Assembly (NCBI GenBank): GCA_002050025.1
Contig: MVDB01000039.1
Span: forward strand, 1-43,030
DNA length: 43,030 nt
Direction: 5' to 3'
Source of the DNA: Desulfobacteraceae bacterium 4484_190.2
GTDB lineage: Bacteria; Desulfobacterota; DSM-4660; Desulfatiglandales; Desulfatiglandaceae
Shown here: positions 7,632 through 16,720 of the stretch, piece by piece
How positions within the stretch are numbered: position 1 is the first letter of the stretch
How the letters are laid out: the number at the start of each line of letters is the position of its first letter
Notes under the pieces: generated by a model
Databases searched by the model: none
What the model was told of the DNA's origin: nothing
Seen by the model: the letters and a program-made list of their open reading frames with translations, nothing else
Program-made: the position numbers and the translations under genes

Positions 7632-8384
7632 ATGAACGAGATCAGGTGGTCAAAAACGGAAAAGAAGAAAGCCAAGGAAGCCTTCGAGAAAGCCTATGAA
7701 AGGGAATGCGCTGAGCTGGCCAGAAAGATCCGTGCCAAGGTAAAAGAGCTGTCAGGCCCGGACGATATCTGGCGGCTACATGATTTCCTGACAGAGAGGA
7801 GGAGAGAACTAGACGAGAAATACGACTACAGGTATTCGGCCCTTATCTTTGTGTTTGCGAGGTTGATCAAGGAAGGGTGGCTGAGCCTTGAGGAGTTGGA
7901 TGGGGTTGGAGAGGACAAGACCTCGAAAATAGCTGCCCTCCTCGATTTCGCTGCAGAAACAATGGAGGAGAGCGACGACAAACTGCCAAAGGACCGATTT
8001 ACCGATCCAATTCTGGGACGTCTGACCCCTTTAGAGTATGACGAGGGATGGCAAGTCGAGATCGAAAAAGAGGGAGAGACAATAAGATTTGAAATAGCCG
8101 GTGATTCTCACCCTTCGGAAGCCCTTCTGGCCCACACCCGAGACCTCCTGAAGGGTTACTCCAAGTTCAAGGCAACTGTTCATGAATTCCTTGATCGGGA
8201 AAAGAGAAAGTTTCCGTCAAGACTTGCTCAAGAAATTGACTCGCTTGGGATCGAGGCTGTTTGTCTTGGGTGGTCGGATCGACCCGATCACGGGACTATT
8301 TATTTTGCCGGACGGGAATCGCCCCGCGTTTGGCATTGTGACTGCATCGGCGGCAAACCACAGGATCTAGGCTTTGACCGGTAA
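7632..8384 (+). CDS. FRP-like (fluorescence recovery protein-like) N-terminal domain fused to a ~140-aa C-terminal domain (DUF2262/immunity-like by eye)
   Basis: Residues 5-104 carry WS..E...A..AF.KAY.RE....DDIWRLHDFL..RR.ELDEKYDYRYS.LIFVFARLIKEG...EEL....K.SKI.AL, a near-continuous match to cyanobacterial FRP as I remember it. RBS GAAGGA lies 7 nt upstream. Confidence 0.75.
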   Translation: MNEIRWSKTEKKKAKEAFEKAYERECAELARKIRAKVKELSGPDDIWRLHDFLTERRRELDEKYDYRYSALIFVFARLIKEGWLSLEELDGVGEDKTSKIAALLDFAAETMEESDDKLPKDRFTDPILGRLTPLEYDEGWQVEIEKEGETIRFEIAGDSHPSEALLAHTRDLLKGYSKFKATVHEFLDREKRKFPSRLAQEIDSLGIEAVCLGWSDRPDHGTIYFAGRESPRVWHCDCIGGKPQDLGFDR

Positions 8385-8460
8385 ATACAAGGCCGCATAA
8401 AGCGTTTGATATCAAACTGATACCCCAACGACGTATGCCTTAATAAAGGCATTCGAACTA

Positions 8461-9678
8461 ATGAAAAAACCTATCTATTTAGACAACGCCGCTACTTCCT
8501 TTCCAAAGCCTCCCCAGGTGACGGAAGCGATAATTCATTATATGAATGAGGTGGGGGCGAATCCCGGGAGATCAGGACATCAATTGTCTATTGAAGCATC
8601 TCGCGTTGTTCAGCACACTCGTGAAAGTCTCGCAACCCTGTTTCATATTTCCGACACAAAGCGCATTGTGTTTACAATGAATGTCACCGAAGCACTCAAT
8701 ACCGTTATTTATGGTTTCCTGAATGCAGGGGATAACGTCATCATTTCAGCAATGGAGCATAACTCCGTCCTGAGACCACTGAAACACCTTGAAGAAAGCG
8801 ATTTCATTACTCTAACAATAGCGCCCTGCGACCGTAAAGGCCTTCTTGACATCGATGCCCTGCCAGCTCTTGTCCGGAAAAATACCTCATTATTGGTCTT
8901 GAATCATGCCTCAAATGTCTGCGGCACAATCCAGGATGTAAGGGCTGTAAAAGATGTAATAGGTGATATTCCACTTTTGCTCGATACTGCCCAGACCTCA
9001 GGTTGTTACCCGATTGATGTTAAGGATGATGGTATTGATTTTTTGGCTTTCACCGGGCATAAAGGCCTCTTAGGTCCCCAGGGAACAGGTGGCCTATATA
9101 TACGGGAAGGCCTGAACGTCCGGCCTTTAAAGCGGGGTGGCACAGGGAGCATTTCTGAAAAATTCCAGCAACCGGACTTTTTACCCGATGCCCTCGAAAG
9201 TGGGACCCAGAATAACGTTGGTATTGCCGGACTTGGAGCTGGGGTCGATTTCATCCTGAATGAAGGTGTAAACATAATAAGGAAACACGAGAAAGGCCTC
9301 ACCTCAGCCCTGCTTAAGGCCCTGCACGATGTCCCTGGTCTCACAATTTACGGGCCCCTTGACGCTGAACTTCAGACGGCTACTATCTCTTTGACGTTTG
9401 ACAGCATTTTACCGACCGGGCCTGGCCACGAATTAGGGGGTTGTGGCGCGATCAACCTGGCATGGATGGAGGAGGGTATCCCTTTAGACGCTGCCGGTGA
9501 TATGCTAAATAGTGAATACGACATCTTTGTGCGGATAGGCCTGCATTGTGCCCCCCTTGCACACAAGACCCTGGGGACTTTTCCTGAGGGAACAGTTCGT
9601 ATAAGCATGGGATATTTCAACACATTACAGGATATGGAATCTGCTGCTAAGGCAATACGCAACATTGCCGAAAAATGA
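8461..9678 (+). CDS. Class V aminotransferase / cysteine desulfurase-family PLP enzyme
   Basis: IYLDNAATSFPKP N-terminus, PLP-lysine context FTGHKGLLGPQGTGGLY, and C-terminal RIGLHCAP...GTVRIS. Confidence 0.85.
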   Translation: MKKPIYLDNAATSFPKPPQVTEAIIHYMNEVGANPGRSGHQLSIEASRVVQHTRESLATLFHISDTKRIVFTMNVTEALNTVIYGFLNAGDNVIISAMEHNSVLRPLKHLEESDFITLTIAPCDRKGLLDIDALPALVRKNTSLLVLNHASNVCGTIQDVRAVKDVIGDIPLLLDTAQTSGCYPIDVKDDGIDFLAFTGHKGLLGPQGTGGLYIREGLNVRPLKRGGTGSISEKFQQPDFLPDALESGTQNNVGIAGLGAGVDFILNEGVNIIRKHEKGLTSALLKALHDVPGLTIYGPLDAELQTATISLTFDSILPTGPGHELGGCGAINLAWMEEGIPLDAAGDMLNSEYDIFVRIGLHCAPLAHKTLGTFPEGTVRISMGYFNTLQDMESAAKAIRNIAEK

Positions 9679-9694
9679 CCCTTGAGTAAAGACC

Positions 9695-10122
9695 TTTTGA
9701 CAGGATTACAGGATAAATACGATTTTTTAATGTCTTTGTATATCTTTTTAATAATACTGTGTTATAATAATCTTAATATTTTATAATGATTGTTTATTTA
9801 CGTAAATTGTAAATAGCTTGTTTGGTAACAAATTACTTAGCTGAATTGATATAAAACTGTTTTATTGGAGTATTATAGTAATAACTCAATATTCAGGGGC
9901 TGTATAAAAGGCCTATGCCTAAATTCCTTCTTTGGAGTTTACCCGTAAGGGTTTTATCCCCGAGTTATTGAGCAGATACGTATTATAGCTATAATTATGG
10001 CTAACTATGCTTATTTAATCAGTTAATGGTAAATATTTCTAATATTTCTAAAGATAGGATATATGTTTTGATTTACAAGAAAAAAACTAATCCATTCCAT
10101 CCTGTTAATCTTGTCAAAAAAA
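9695..10122. mobile_element. MITE-like element, family X, long form (~430 bp, AT-rich, non-coding)
   Basis: Terminal inverted repeats: ttttgacaggattacaggat at 9695-9714, against the reverse complement of 10098-10122, ttttgacaagattaacaggat (about 19/21 with one gap). The interior has no ORF. Confidence 0.5.
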
Positions 10123-10153
10123 ATAAACAGATGAACTTATACCAGGAAATGTA

Positions 10154-10345
10154 TTAGTTCTCATAATATGTGCCCAATCTGTCAAGCCAGCGCCACCAGA
10201 AATTCCCGCCCTTTTCTTTGGCTTCCAATATATCTTCTAAAAAGCCTGTAATGTTTACCATTTCATCTTTGGGCACATAGGATGCGGCGCCGTCTTTATA
10301 AGATTTTACAGTATCTTCAACACTCAGTGCATGGGCGGTAAGCAT
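10154..10345 (-). pseudogene. Response-regulator receiver domain, C-terminal fragment only (N-terminal ~70 aa missing)
   Basis: MLTAHALSVEDTVKSYKDGAASYVPKD... is the alpha4-beta5 part of a CheY-like receiver. Upstream the frame hits TAA after 5 codons and runs into a repeat element. No phospho-acceptor region is present. Confidence 0.65.
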
Positions 10346-10487
10346 AACTGCTTCGTCAGGTTACGACATATAGCCACCAAGTCGCGCCTCCCGATCCTGT
10401 CCCGGTATTGGACGGGAATGGCAGGCCTCAATCTCCCTTTTTCAAAGGGGGAAGCTAAAGGAATACCTGAACTTACTGAAAAGTTAC
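10338..10487. repeat. Family 1 element, partial copy D (right half plus the ~95-nt internal module shared with 33068-33160)
   Basis: Roughly 85% identical by eye to the corresponding part of copy B, including a perfect 30-nt block atatagccaccaagtcgcgcctcccgatcc. The right end acttactgaaaagttac is a diverged TIR, and the left arm is absent. Confidence 0.6.
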
Positions 10488-10596
10488 ACGTTATTCTTGA
10501 ACTCTATTGTGAAATGTATCATAAATAGAAAAATTAGGTCCAAGTTCACTCAGGATAGAATCACGAAGTGATTGTATAAGTTGCTCAAGGTGCATA

Positions 10597-11631
10597 ATGT
10601 CGACTCATTTATTGCGAAACAGACTCATTTATTTTGTAATTGGCTTTGTTTTTCTGATTGTGGCGTTTCTGTTTGTTGGATTTGGGTATTACCTCTCAAA
10701 TCCTGCTGAGAAAGGAGGAGATGCTCAGGTCTTTTTTGTCCGTGAAGGCGCAACACTGAATGTGGTCGCGGATGAACTCGAGTCGCAACGGATCATCAAA
10801 GGTAAACGCCTTTTCCTCCTTTGGGCAAGGCTGATGGGATACAGCAGAAGCATAAAGGCCGGGGAGTATCGGCTGAGCTCAGCCATGCCGCCTCTCAAGA
10901 TCTTGGAGACTCTAAGCAAAGGGATTGTCATAACCCACCCTGTTACTATCCCTGAAGGGTATACAATAAAACAGATCGGGGAGTTATTGGAGAAAAAAGG
11001 CCTTGTGAAAAATGAGGAATTCCTGGCAATCACCTGTGATCCCGATGTAGCAAATCGTTACGGCATATCCGCGAAGAGCCTGGAGGGCTACCTCTACCCT
11101 GATACATACCAGTTTGACCTGGGTCTCTCCCCCATGTCGATTGTTGAAGTGATGATAAAACGTTTTTGGGAGGTAATCGGTCCACTTCGTGAAAAGATTG
11201 AACAATCGGGCATGACCATAGAAGAGGTGATCACTCTCGCATCCATCGTTGAAAAGGAAACGGGTCGTGCTGAAGAACGACCCATTATTGCAAGCGTTTT
11301 TCTGAATCGGCTAAAAAAGAGGATGCGCCTTGAAACTGATCCCACCGTTATTTATGGTATCAAAGATTTCAGCGGCAACCTGAAGAAAAAACACCTGACT
11401 CAACGCACCCCCTATAATACCTATGTTATCCGAGGCCTCCCCCCGGGGCCAATAGCCAATCCTGGAAAAGAGGCAATTGAGGCCGTTCTTTTCCCGGCCA
11501 AAACCAATTACCTCTATTTTGTATCCAAAAATGACGGTACCCACCATTTTTCCAAAACCCTTACTGAGCACAACAAAGCCGTGCAAAAGTATCAGAAGAA
11601 AAGACGTACAAGGCGCAGGAAAACTTCTTGA
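10597..11631 (+). CDS. mltG: Endolytic murein transglycosylase MltG (YceG family)
   Basis: N-terminal TM helix, then YceG motifs: IPEGYT...IASIVEKET...VFLNRL...L.TDPTVIYG...YNTY...GLPPGPI.NPG. Confidence 0.9.
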   Translation: MSTHLLRNRLIYFVIGFVFLIVAFLFVGFGYYLSNPAEKGGDAQVFFVREGATLNVVADELESQRIIKGKRLFLLWARLMGYSRSIKAGEYRLSSAMPPLKILETLSKGIVITHPVTIPEGYTIKQIGELLEKKGLVKNEEFLAITCDPDVANRYGISAKSLEGYLYPDTYQFDLGLSPMSIVEVMIKRFWEVIGPLREKIEQSGMTIEEVITLASIVEKETGRAEERPIIASVFLNRLKKRMRLETDPTVIYGIKDFSGNLKKKHLTQRTPYNTYVIRGLPPGPIANPGKEAIEAVLFPAKTNYLYFVSKNDGTHHFSKTLTEHNKAVQKYQKKRRTRRRKTS

Positions 11632-11761
11632 CAGATACTGTTAACTCCAGTAAAAAAGAGATACAATGTAATCATTATGTAGCTACTTTCGTCCCTCCAT
11701 AAAATCCCTTTTCAACATGACCGCCGGCCCGGAGGGCCCTTAGACCGGAAGGAGGAGCCTA

Positions 11762-12949
11762 ATGAATCTTCTCAAGAATCTCACCGTGTTATCCCTTGAA
11801 CAGGCGACCGTTTTACCCTATTTGACTTACCGATTGGCCCACGACGGCATACAGGTCATAAGACTGGAGCATCCTGTATATGGGGACCCAAACCGGCTTA
11901 TTGGCGAAAATGTGCTTGGAGAAGAGCGGATGAATGCCTATTACCTGTGCATTAATTCAGGCAAAAAAGCACTGACGCTGAATCTTGGAGACCCGGAGGG
12001 CCAAAAAATCTTCCATTCTCTAATACAGGAGCTGAAAGTCGATATTTTTGCAACCAATCAGCTCCCCAGGAATTATCAAAAACTGGGGATTGATTATGAG
12101 TCCCTCAAGGCCCTTAAGCCGGATATTATATGGCTGGGTGTTACCGGTTTTGGTCCGGACAGCAATGAGGCGGCATACGATCCTATTTTGCAAGCAAGAT
12201 CAGGCCTGATGGACATGACCGGTGAAGCGGATGGAGATCCCCAGGTTTTGGGCATACCTCTTCCGGATATGGGTACCAGCGAGCATTCTTACGGGCTTTT
12301 GATGAAGGCCCTTTATAAACGTGAGGCCACAGGAGAGGGCTCCTGTATCAATATGTCCATGTTTGAGTCATCTGTATCATGGCTCACGGTGCCGATAACA
12401 CTTTCTACCCTACTAAACAAGAAAATCACCCGCAGGGGTAATACCCACGAATTTTTCTCTCCGGTTTCCGTTTATAAAACAAGTAATGGGTTTGTATATG
12501 TGGCTATGGGTAATGACAGACAATGGAAATCTTTGATTTCCACTGAAATGTTCAAATCCCTTGATAAACCCGAGTATGAGAAAAATGCAGGTCGGATAGG
12601 GAACGTGGAAAATTTGAACCGGTCCATCAATGAAATTACTAAAAGTCATACTTCCGAGGAATTGATCGACTTATTCAACTCGATCACTCTTCCCATAAGC
12701 AAGATAAAGACCATTCCCGAAGTGGTCGCCGATCCCCTTGTGGAACGTAGGTTGCTATTTGCCGAAGACGACAAGACCGGAACCAGAATCACCCTTCCCC
12801 CGCCTCCCAACACGACACCGCACTTAGAAGAATTAAATCGTAAACTCTCCTTTCCCCCACGCTTTGGGGAGCACAATGGCGAGGTTTATGGCCGGATAGG
12901 TTACACAGATGAGGAACTTAAGGAATTTAAGGAGAAAGGAATAATATGA
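11762..12949 (+). CDS. Family III CoA-transferase (CaiB/BaiF type)
   Basis: Typical N-terminus L.NLTVLSLEQATVLPY.T..LA..G..VI..E.P..GD and a length of 395 aa. RBS GGAGGAG is upstream. Confidence 0.85.
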   Translation: MNLLKNLTVLSLEQATVLPYLTYRLAHDGIQVIRLEHPVYGDPNRLIGENVLGEERMNAYYLCINSGKKALTLNLGDPEGQKIFHSLIQELKVDIFATNQLPRNYQKLGIDYESLKALKPDIIWLGVTGFGPDSNEAAYDPILQARSGLMDMTGEADGDPQVLGIPLPDMGTSEHSYGLLMKALYKREATGEGSCINMSMFESSVSWLTVPITLSTLLNKKITRRGNTHEFFSPVSVYKTSNGFVYVAMGNDRQWKSLISTEMFKSLDKPEYEKNAGRIGNVENLNRSINEITKSHTSEELIDLFNSITLPISKIKTIPEVVADPLVERRLLFAEDDKTGTRITLPPPPNTTPHLEELNRKLSFPPRFGEHNGEVYGRIGYTDEELKEFKEKGII

Positions 12950-12980
12950 ACGAGGTAGTTTCAAAATGTTCAATTTTATT

Positions 12981-13055
12981 CAAGATCAAGAAAGGCGAAA
13001 ATTTTAACCACAGAAATACATTGAGTATTTCGAGGATTAAAATTTGAGCCTGACG
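12981..13055. repeat. Family 2 short interspersed repeat, copy E1
   Basis: caagatcaagaaaggcgaaaattttaacca...acattgagtatttcgaggattaaaatttgagcctgacg matches 39334-39434 apart from an insertion in the latter. Confidence 0.6.
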
Positions 13056-13164
13056 AAGATATTGGGTAAAAGGGGACGTTTTGAAATTGGTTCGAACGTT
13101 TCAGGGTAGACGGACACTCCTCCTTATATGGAAAGCCGCAAATGCCAGAAACGGAGCAAACACA

Positions 13165-13956
13165 ATGAACATCATCGTTTTAATTAAACAGGTCCCTGAT
13201 ACAACAGATGTTAAATTGGATCCCAAAACGGGAAGCCTGATCAGGGAAGGCGTAGAAAGTATCATCAATCCCGATGATCGGCATGCTCTGGAGGCAGCCA
13301 TCAGTCTAAAGAAAGCCGAAGGCGGAAAGGTGACAGTCCTTTCCATGGGTCCTCCTCAGACAATTGATGCCCTGTCCGAGGCCATAGGCATGGGGGCCAA
13401 TGAAGCAATTCTTCTCTCAGATAGTGCTTTTGCCGGCGCTGATACATGGTCTACTTCGTTTACCCTGGGGAAAAGCATAGAAAAGATAGGTGGGTATGAT
13501 TTGATCTTTTGCGGTCGGCAGGCCATTGATGGAGACACCGCCCAGATAGGGCCCCAGGTGGCTGATTATTTACACGTGCCTCAGGTAACCTATGTCTTTG
13601 AGATTGAAAAAATCCAGAAAAAAAACATAATTGTCAAAAAGCGGCTTGAGGATGGCTACGAGCGTGTACAATGCAATCTTCCGGCCTTGCTGACAGTAAT
13701 TGGCGAACTGAATGTTCCTCGATACCCTATGGTTGGAAGACTAATAGATGCATGCAAAGAAAAGTCTCCAATCAAGATATGGAATGCGTCTGATATCGGT
13801 GTACAGGCAAAAGATGTAGGGCTGGAAGGGTCTTTTACTCAGGTAATTAAGACCTTCGCTCCCAAGTTCAAAAGGCAGGGAGAGATGCTGGAGGGTGATG
13901 CCAAAAAAATTGCCGGTACTTTGGTCGAAAAGCTCAAGGAAAATAAACTGATCTGA
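13165..13956 (+). CDS. etfB: Electron transfer flavoprotein beta subunit
   Basis: MNIIVLIKQVPDT...D..A.E.A...K is the canonical EtfB start. GGAG lies 8 nt upstream of the ATG at 13165. The longer 13081 start runs through repeat E1. Confidence 0.9.
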   Translation: MNIIVLIKQVPDTTDVKLDPKTGSLIREGVESIINPDDRHALEAAISLKKAEGGKVTVLSMGPPQTIDALSEAIGMGANEAILLSDSAFAGADTWSTSFTLGKSIEKIGGYDLIFCGRQAIDGDTAQIGPQVADYLHVPQVTYVFEIEKIQKKNIIVKKRLEDGYERVQCNLPALLTVIGELNVPRYPMVGRLIDACKEKSPIKIWNASDIGVQAKDVGLEGSFTQVIKTFAPKFKRQGEMLEGDAKKIAGTLVEKLKENKLI

Positions 13957-13988
13957 GAATACAAATTTCGGATTAAGGAGAAATGTAG

Positions 13989-15179
13989 ATGGCAGTCTGG
14001 GTTGAGATAGATTTATGTAATGGCTGCAAACGCTGTGTTAAAGTATGTCCTTACGGTGCCATGGAAATAAGAGATGGAAAGGCGCACGTCCTGGAGCACT
14101 GCACCTCCTGCGGAGCCTGTCTTGAGGTATGCAAAGAAAAAGCAATTCAGACGGACGTGGAACCAAGGGCCATTCCCGACTTCAACGACAGGAAAGGGGT
14201 CTGGGTCTTTGCTGAACAGAGAGGGGCCACGTTGAACAAGGTTTCCCTGGAACTCCTGGGTAAGGCCCGGGAACTGGCCGGAGAAATAGATCAAGACGTC
14301 TCTGCTTTGCTGCTAGGATACCAGGTGTCAGGGCTATGCGATACGATTATGGCGTATGGCGCAGACAAAGTGTACCTGGCAGAGCACAAAAACCTGAAAG
14401 AATACCGCACCAATGCCTACACAAATGTTGTGGAAGAATTGGTCAATAAATACAAACCAAATATCCTGCTCATGGGCGCAACCCATATAGGCCGTGACCT
14501 TGCTCCTCGTGTATCACGCAGGGTGGGAGTTGGGCTGACTGCGGATTGCACGGAATTAACAATTGACCCGGAGGAAGGGATTCTTCTTCAGACCAGGCCT
14601 GCTTTTGGCGGGAATGTCATGGCCACTATCGCCAACCGGTATTCACGTCCCCAGATGGCCACGGTCAGGCCCGGAGTTATGGAAGCCTTACCAAAGAGTA
14701 GGGGTAAGGGAAGTGTGATAAAACATAAGGTCTCCCTGACTGAAAAGGATATAGGCACAAAGATCCTGGAGGCAGTGAGGGAAAAGAGCAAGGGAGTCAG
14801 CCTGAGTGATGCCAAGGTAATCGTGGCCGGTGGAAGGGGTGTGGGTTCCCAGGAGGGGATGAAATCTCTTTTTTCACTCGCTAAAGTCATGGGAGGCGAA
14901 GTTGCTGGTACAAGGATAATTGTTGAAGAGGGATGGTTACCGGCTGACCGGCAGGTAGGGCAAACAGGCCAGACAGTAAGACCGGAAATATATATCGCGT
15001 GCGGTATTTCTGGTGCTATCCAGCATAGGGCCGGAATGCTTGGTTCGAGATATATCATTGCCATCAACAAAGACGGCCGAGCCCCTATCTTTCAAGTGGC
15101 TGACTGGGGCATTGTGGGTGACCTTCACGAAGCTGTTCCGGCATTTACAAAAGCACTTAAGGATAGCATGGGGAAATAG
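13989..15179 (+). CDS. etfA: Electron transfer flavoprotein alpha subunit with N-terminal 2x[4Fe-4S] ferredoxin domain
   Basis: CNGCKRCVKVCPYGA and CTSCGACLEVC precede a normal EtfA body (AGGRGVG...YIACGISGAIQH). Confidence 0.9.
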   Translation: MAVWVEIDLCNGCKRCVKVCPYGAMEIRDGKAHVLEHCTSCGACLEVCKEKAIQTDVEPRAIPDFNDRKGVWVFAEQRGATLNKVSLELLGKARELAGEIDQDVSALLLGYQVSGLCDTIMAYGADKVYLAEHKNLKEYRTNAYTNVVEELVNKYKPNILLMGATHIGRDLAPRVSRRVGVGLTADCTELTIDPEEGILLQTRPAFGGNVMATIANRYSRPQMATVRPGVMEALPKSRGKGSVIKHKVSLTEKDIGTKILEAVREKSKGVSLSDAKVIVAGGRGVGSQEGMKSLFSLAKVMGGEVAGTRIIVEEGWLPADRQVGQTGQTVRPEIYIACGISGAIQHRAGMLGSRYIIAINKDGRAPIFQVADWGIVGDLHEAVPAFTKALKDSMGK

Positions 15180-15188
15180 GGGGGTATA

Positions 15189-16322
15189 ATGCTGCGCTCA
15201 GACCCGGAAAAACTTATAAGAAAGGTCATGGCCCGATTTGTGGATGAGGAAGTGATCCCGGTAGCCAGGGAGATTGATGAGAAAGGGGAATTTCCATTTG
15301 ACCTGTTTAAAAAGATTGCTGATATGGGTGTCCTGGGGATTAGATACCCCAAAAAAGTCGGCGGTTCAGGCGGGAACACTACTCTTTACTGTATCGCCAT
15401 GGAGGAGTTGGCACGGGGGCTTTTGAGTTTGGCTGCTGTGACGGCCATGCAATGTCTAATGGCTACAAATGGCCTTTATCTCTATGGCACTAAAGAGATG
15501 CATGAAGAATATTTGCGGCCGGCTTTGAGAGGTGAAAAGATTGGAGCTTTTCAGCTTACTGAACCTGAGGCTGGATCTGATCTCAGTGCGGTAAGGACCC
15601 TGGCCACAAAGGCCAGTGACGGATATGTGATCAATGGAATGAAGACGTGGTCAACAAGTGGCCCATATGGCGATTTCCATACTGTCCTCTGCCAGACTGA
15701 CCCGGATAAGAAATTAAGAGGACTTATGTTTTTCTTTATCCCGACCGATACCCCGGGTTTCTCCCACAGCAAAAAATTTGAAACCCTGGGCACAAGAACA
15801 TCAGCTCTCTCAGAAATTTATTTCAATAATTGTCATGTACCTCCTGAATACATGCTGGGTGAGCTCGGCAGAGGGCTGGATGTGTTACTCACCATTCTGG
15901 CAGAAATCAGGATCATGACTGCCGCCCTGGCTTTGGGCCTCCATCGGGCTGCAATGGATGATTCTATAAAGTATTGTAAAGAAAGAGTGCAATTTGGTAA
16001 ACCGATTGGAAAGTACCAGCTTATTCAGGCAAAGATTGCCAACATGGCAGTGAACCTGGAGGCTGGTAGACTGATGGTCGACAAGGTTACCCACCAGATA
16101 GATAATAAGATTTCCTGCCTGAATGAAGCCTCTATGGGCAAGTACTTCACAGTTGAATCTGCATGTAGTGCAACAGATGAGGCCATGAGGATTTTCGGAG
16201 CCTATGGCTATTCCATGGAGTACAATGTCCAGAGATATTACAGGGACAATCGCTTTCTCCTATATGGTGGCGGGACTCATGAGGTATTACAGACTACTAT
16301 TGCAAGACAGTATCTTCGGTAG
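15189..16322 (+). CDS. Acyl-CoA dehydrogenase
   Basis: ACAD motifs: GAFQLTEPEAGSD, WSTSG, and C-terminal YRDNRFLLYGGGTHEV. Confidence 0.9.
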   Translation: MLRSDPEKLIRKVMARFVDEEVIPVAREIDEKGEFPFDLFKKIADMGVLGIRYPKKVGGSGGNTTLYCIAMEELARGLLSLAAVTAMQCLMATNGLYLYGTKEMHEEYLRPALRGEKIGAFQLTEPEAGSDLSAVRTLATKASDGYVINGMKTWSTSGPYGDFHTVLCQTDPDKKLRGLMFFFIPTDTPGFSHSKKFETLGTRTSALSEIYFNNCHVPPEYMLGELGRGLDVLLTILAEIRIMTAALALGLHRAAMDDSIKYCKERVQFGKPIGKYQLIQAKIANMAVNLEAGRLMVDKVTHQIDNKISCLNEASMGKYFTVESACSATDEAMRIFGAYGYSMEYNVQRYYRDNRFLLYGGGTHEVLQTTIARQYLR

Positions 16323-16527
16323 GATAAACTACCACCCTAAAAGGGACCAAACATGAAATATAATGAATTCGAATGACAAAGGTCAAAGCCCCCAGTGAAA
16401 TAGTTTACAGATTTCACGGGGCATGCAAATTTCAAATAAATGTCAAATTAAAAATGCTGAAAAATATATGTTCACCCATTAATTTAAACACGGCCTACAC
16501 TGGTTAAGGTGCACAATAGGAAAAAGA

Positions 16528-16628
16528 GTAAGTTCTCAATAAATTCAGGTTGTATTAAGAAAATCCCCCTCAATCCCCCTTTGCAAAAGGGGGAAGGTTC
16601 GGAATGCCCAGACTTATTGAGATGTTAA
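16528..16628. mobile_element. Family 1 MITE-like element, copy A (~100 bp)
   Basis: The TIRs are gtaagttctcaataa and the reverse complement of ttattgagatgttaa. There is a central hairpin ccccctttgcaaaaggggg. The copy is near-identical to 38940-39041 and to the arms of 32980-33212. Confidence 0.75.
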
Positions 16629-16720
16629 GAAAAAGATAAATAAATGATCGGGAGCCGGTTTGCTCGCTGTTTCAGCGGGGATAAGCGAAGCGAATTAACC
16701 TTTCAGGAGAGATGATAAAC

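Noticed and set aside
8404-8417. 14-bp perfect palindrome gtttgatatcaaac after the FRP-like gene, as a possible terminator.
   Set aside because: It has no loop and no following T-run. It is more likely a chance palindrome around a GATATC site.
13081-13164. Longer start for etfB (track start 13081).
   Set aside because: The extension (MKLVRTFQGRRTLLLIWKAANARNGANT) begins right after family 2 repeat E1. Canonical EtfB begins at MNIIVLIKQVPD, which has its own GGAG site.
16629-16720. Cobalamin riboswitch upstream of the B12-dependent mutase genes (gggagccggtttgc looked faintly B12-box-like).
   Set aside because: Only ~90 nt are available after the MITE, the B12-box match is poor, and B12 riboswitches control B12 supply genes, not B12-dependent mutases.
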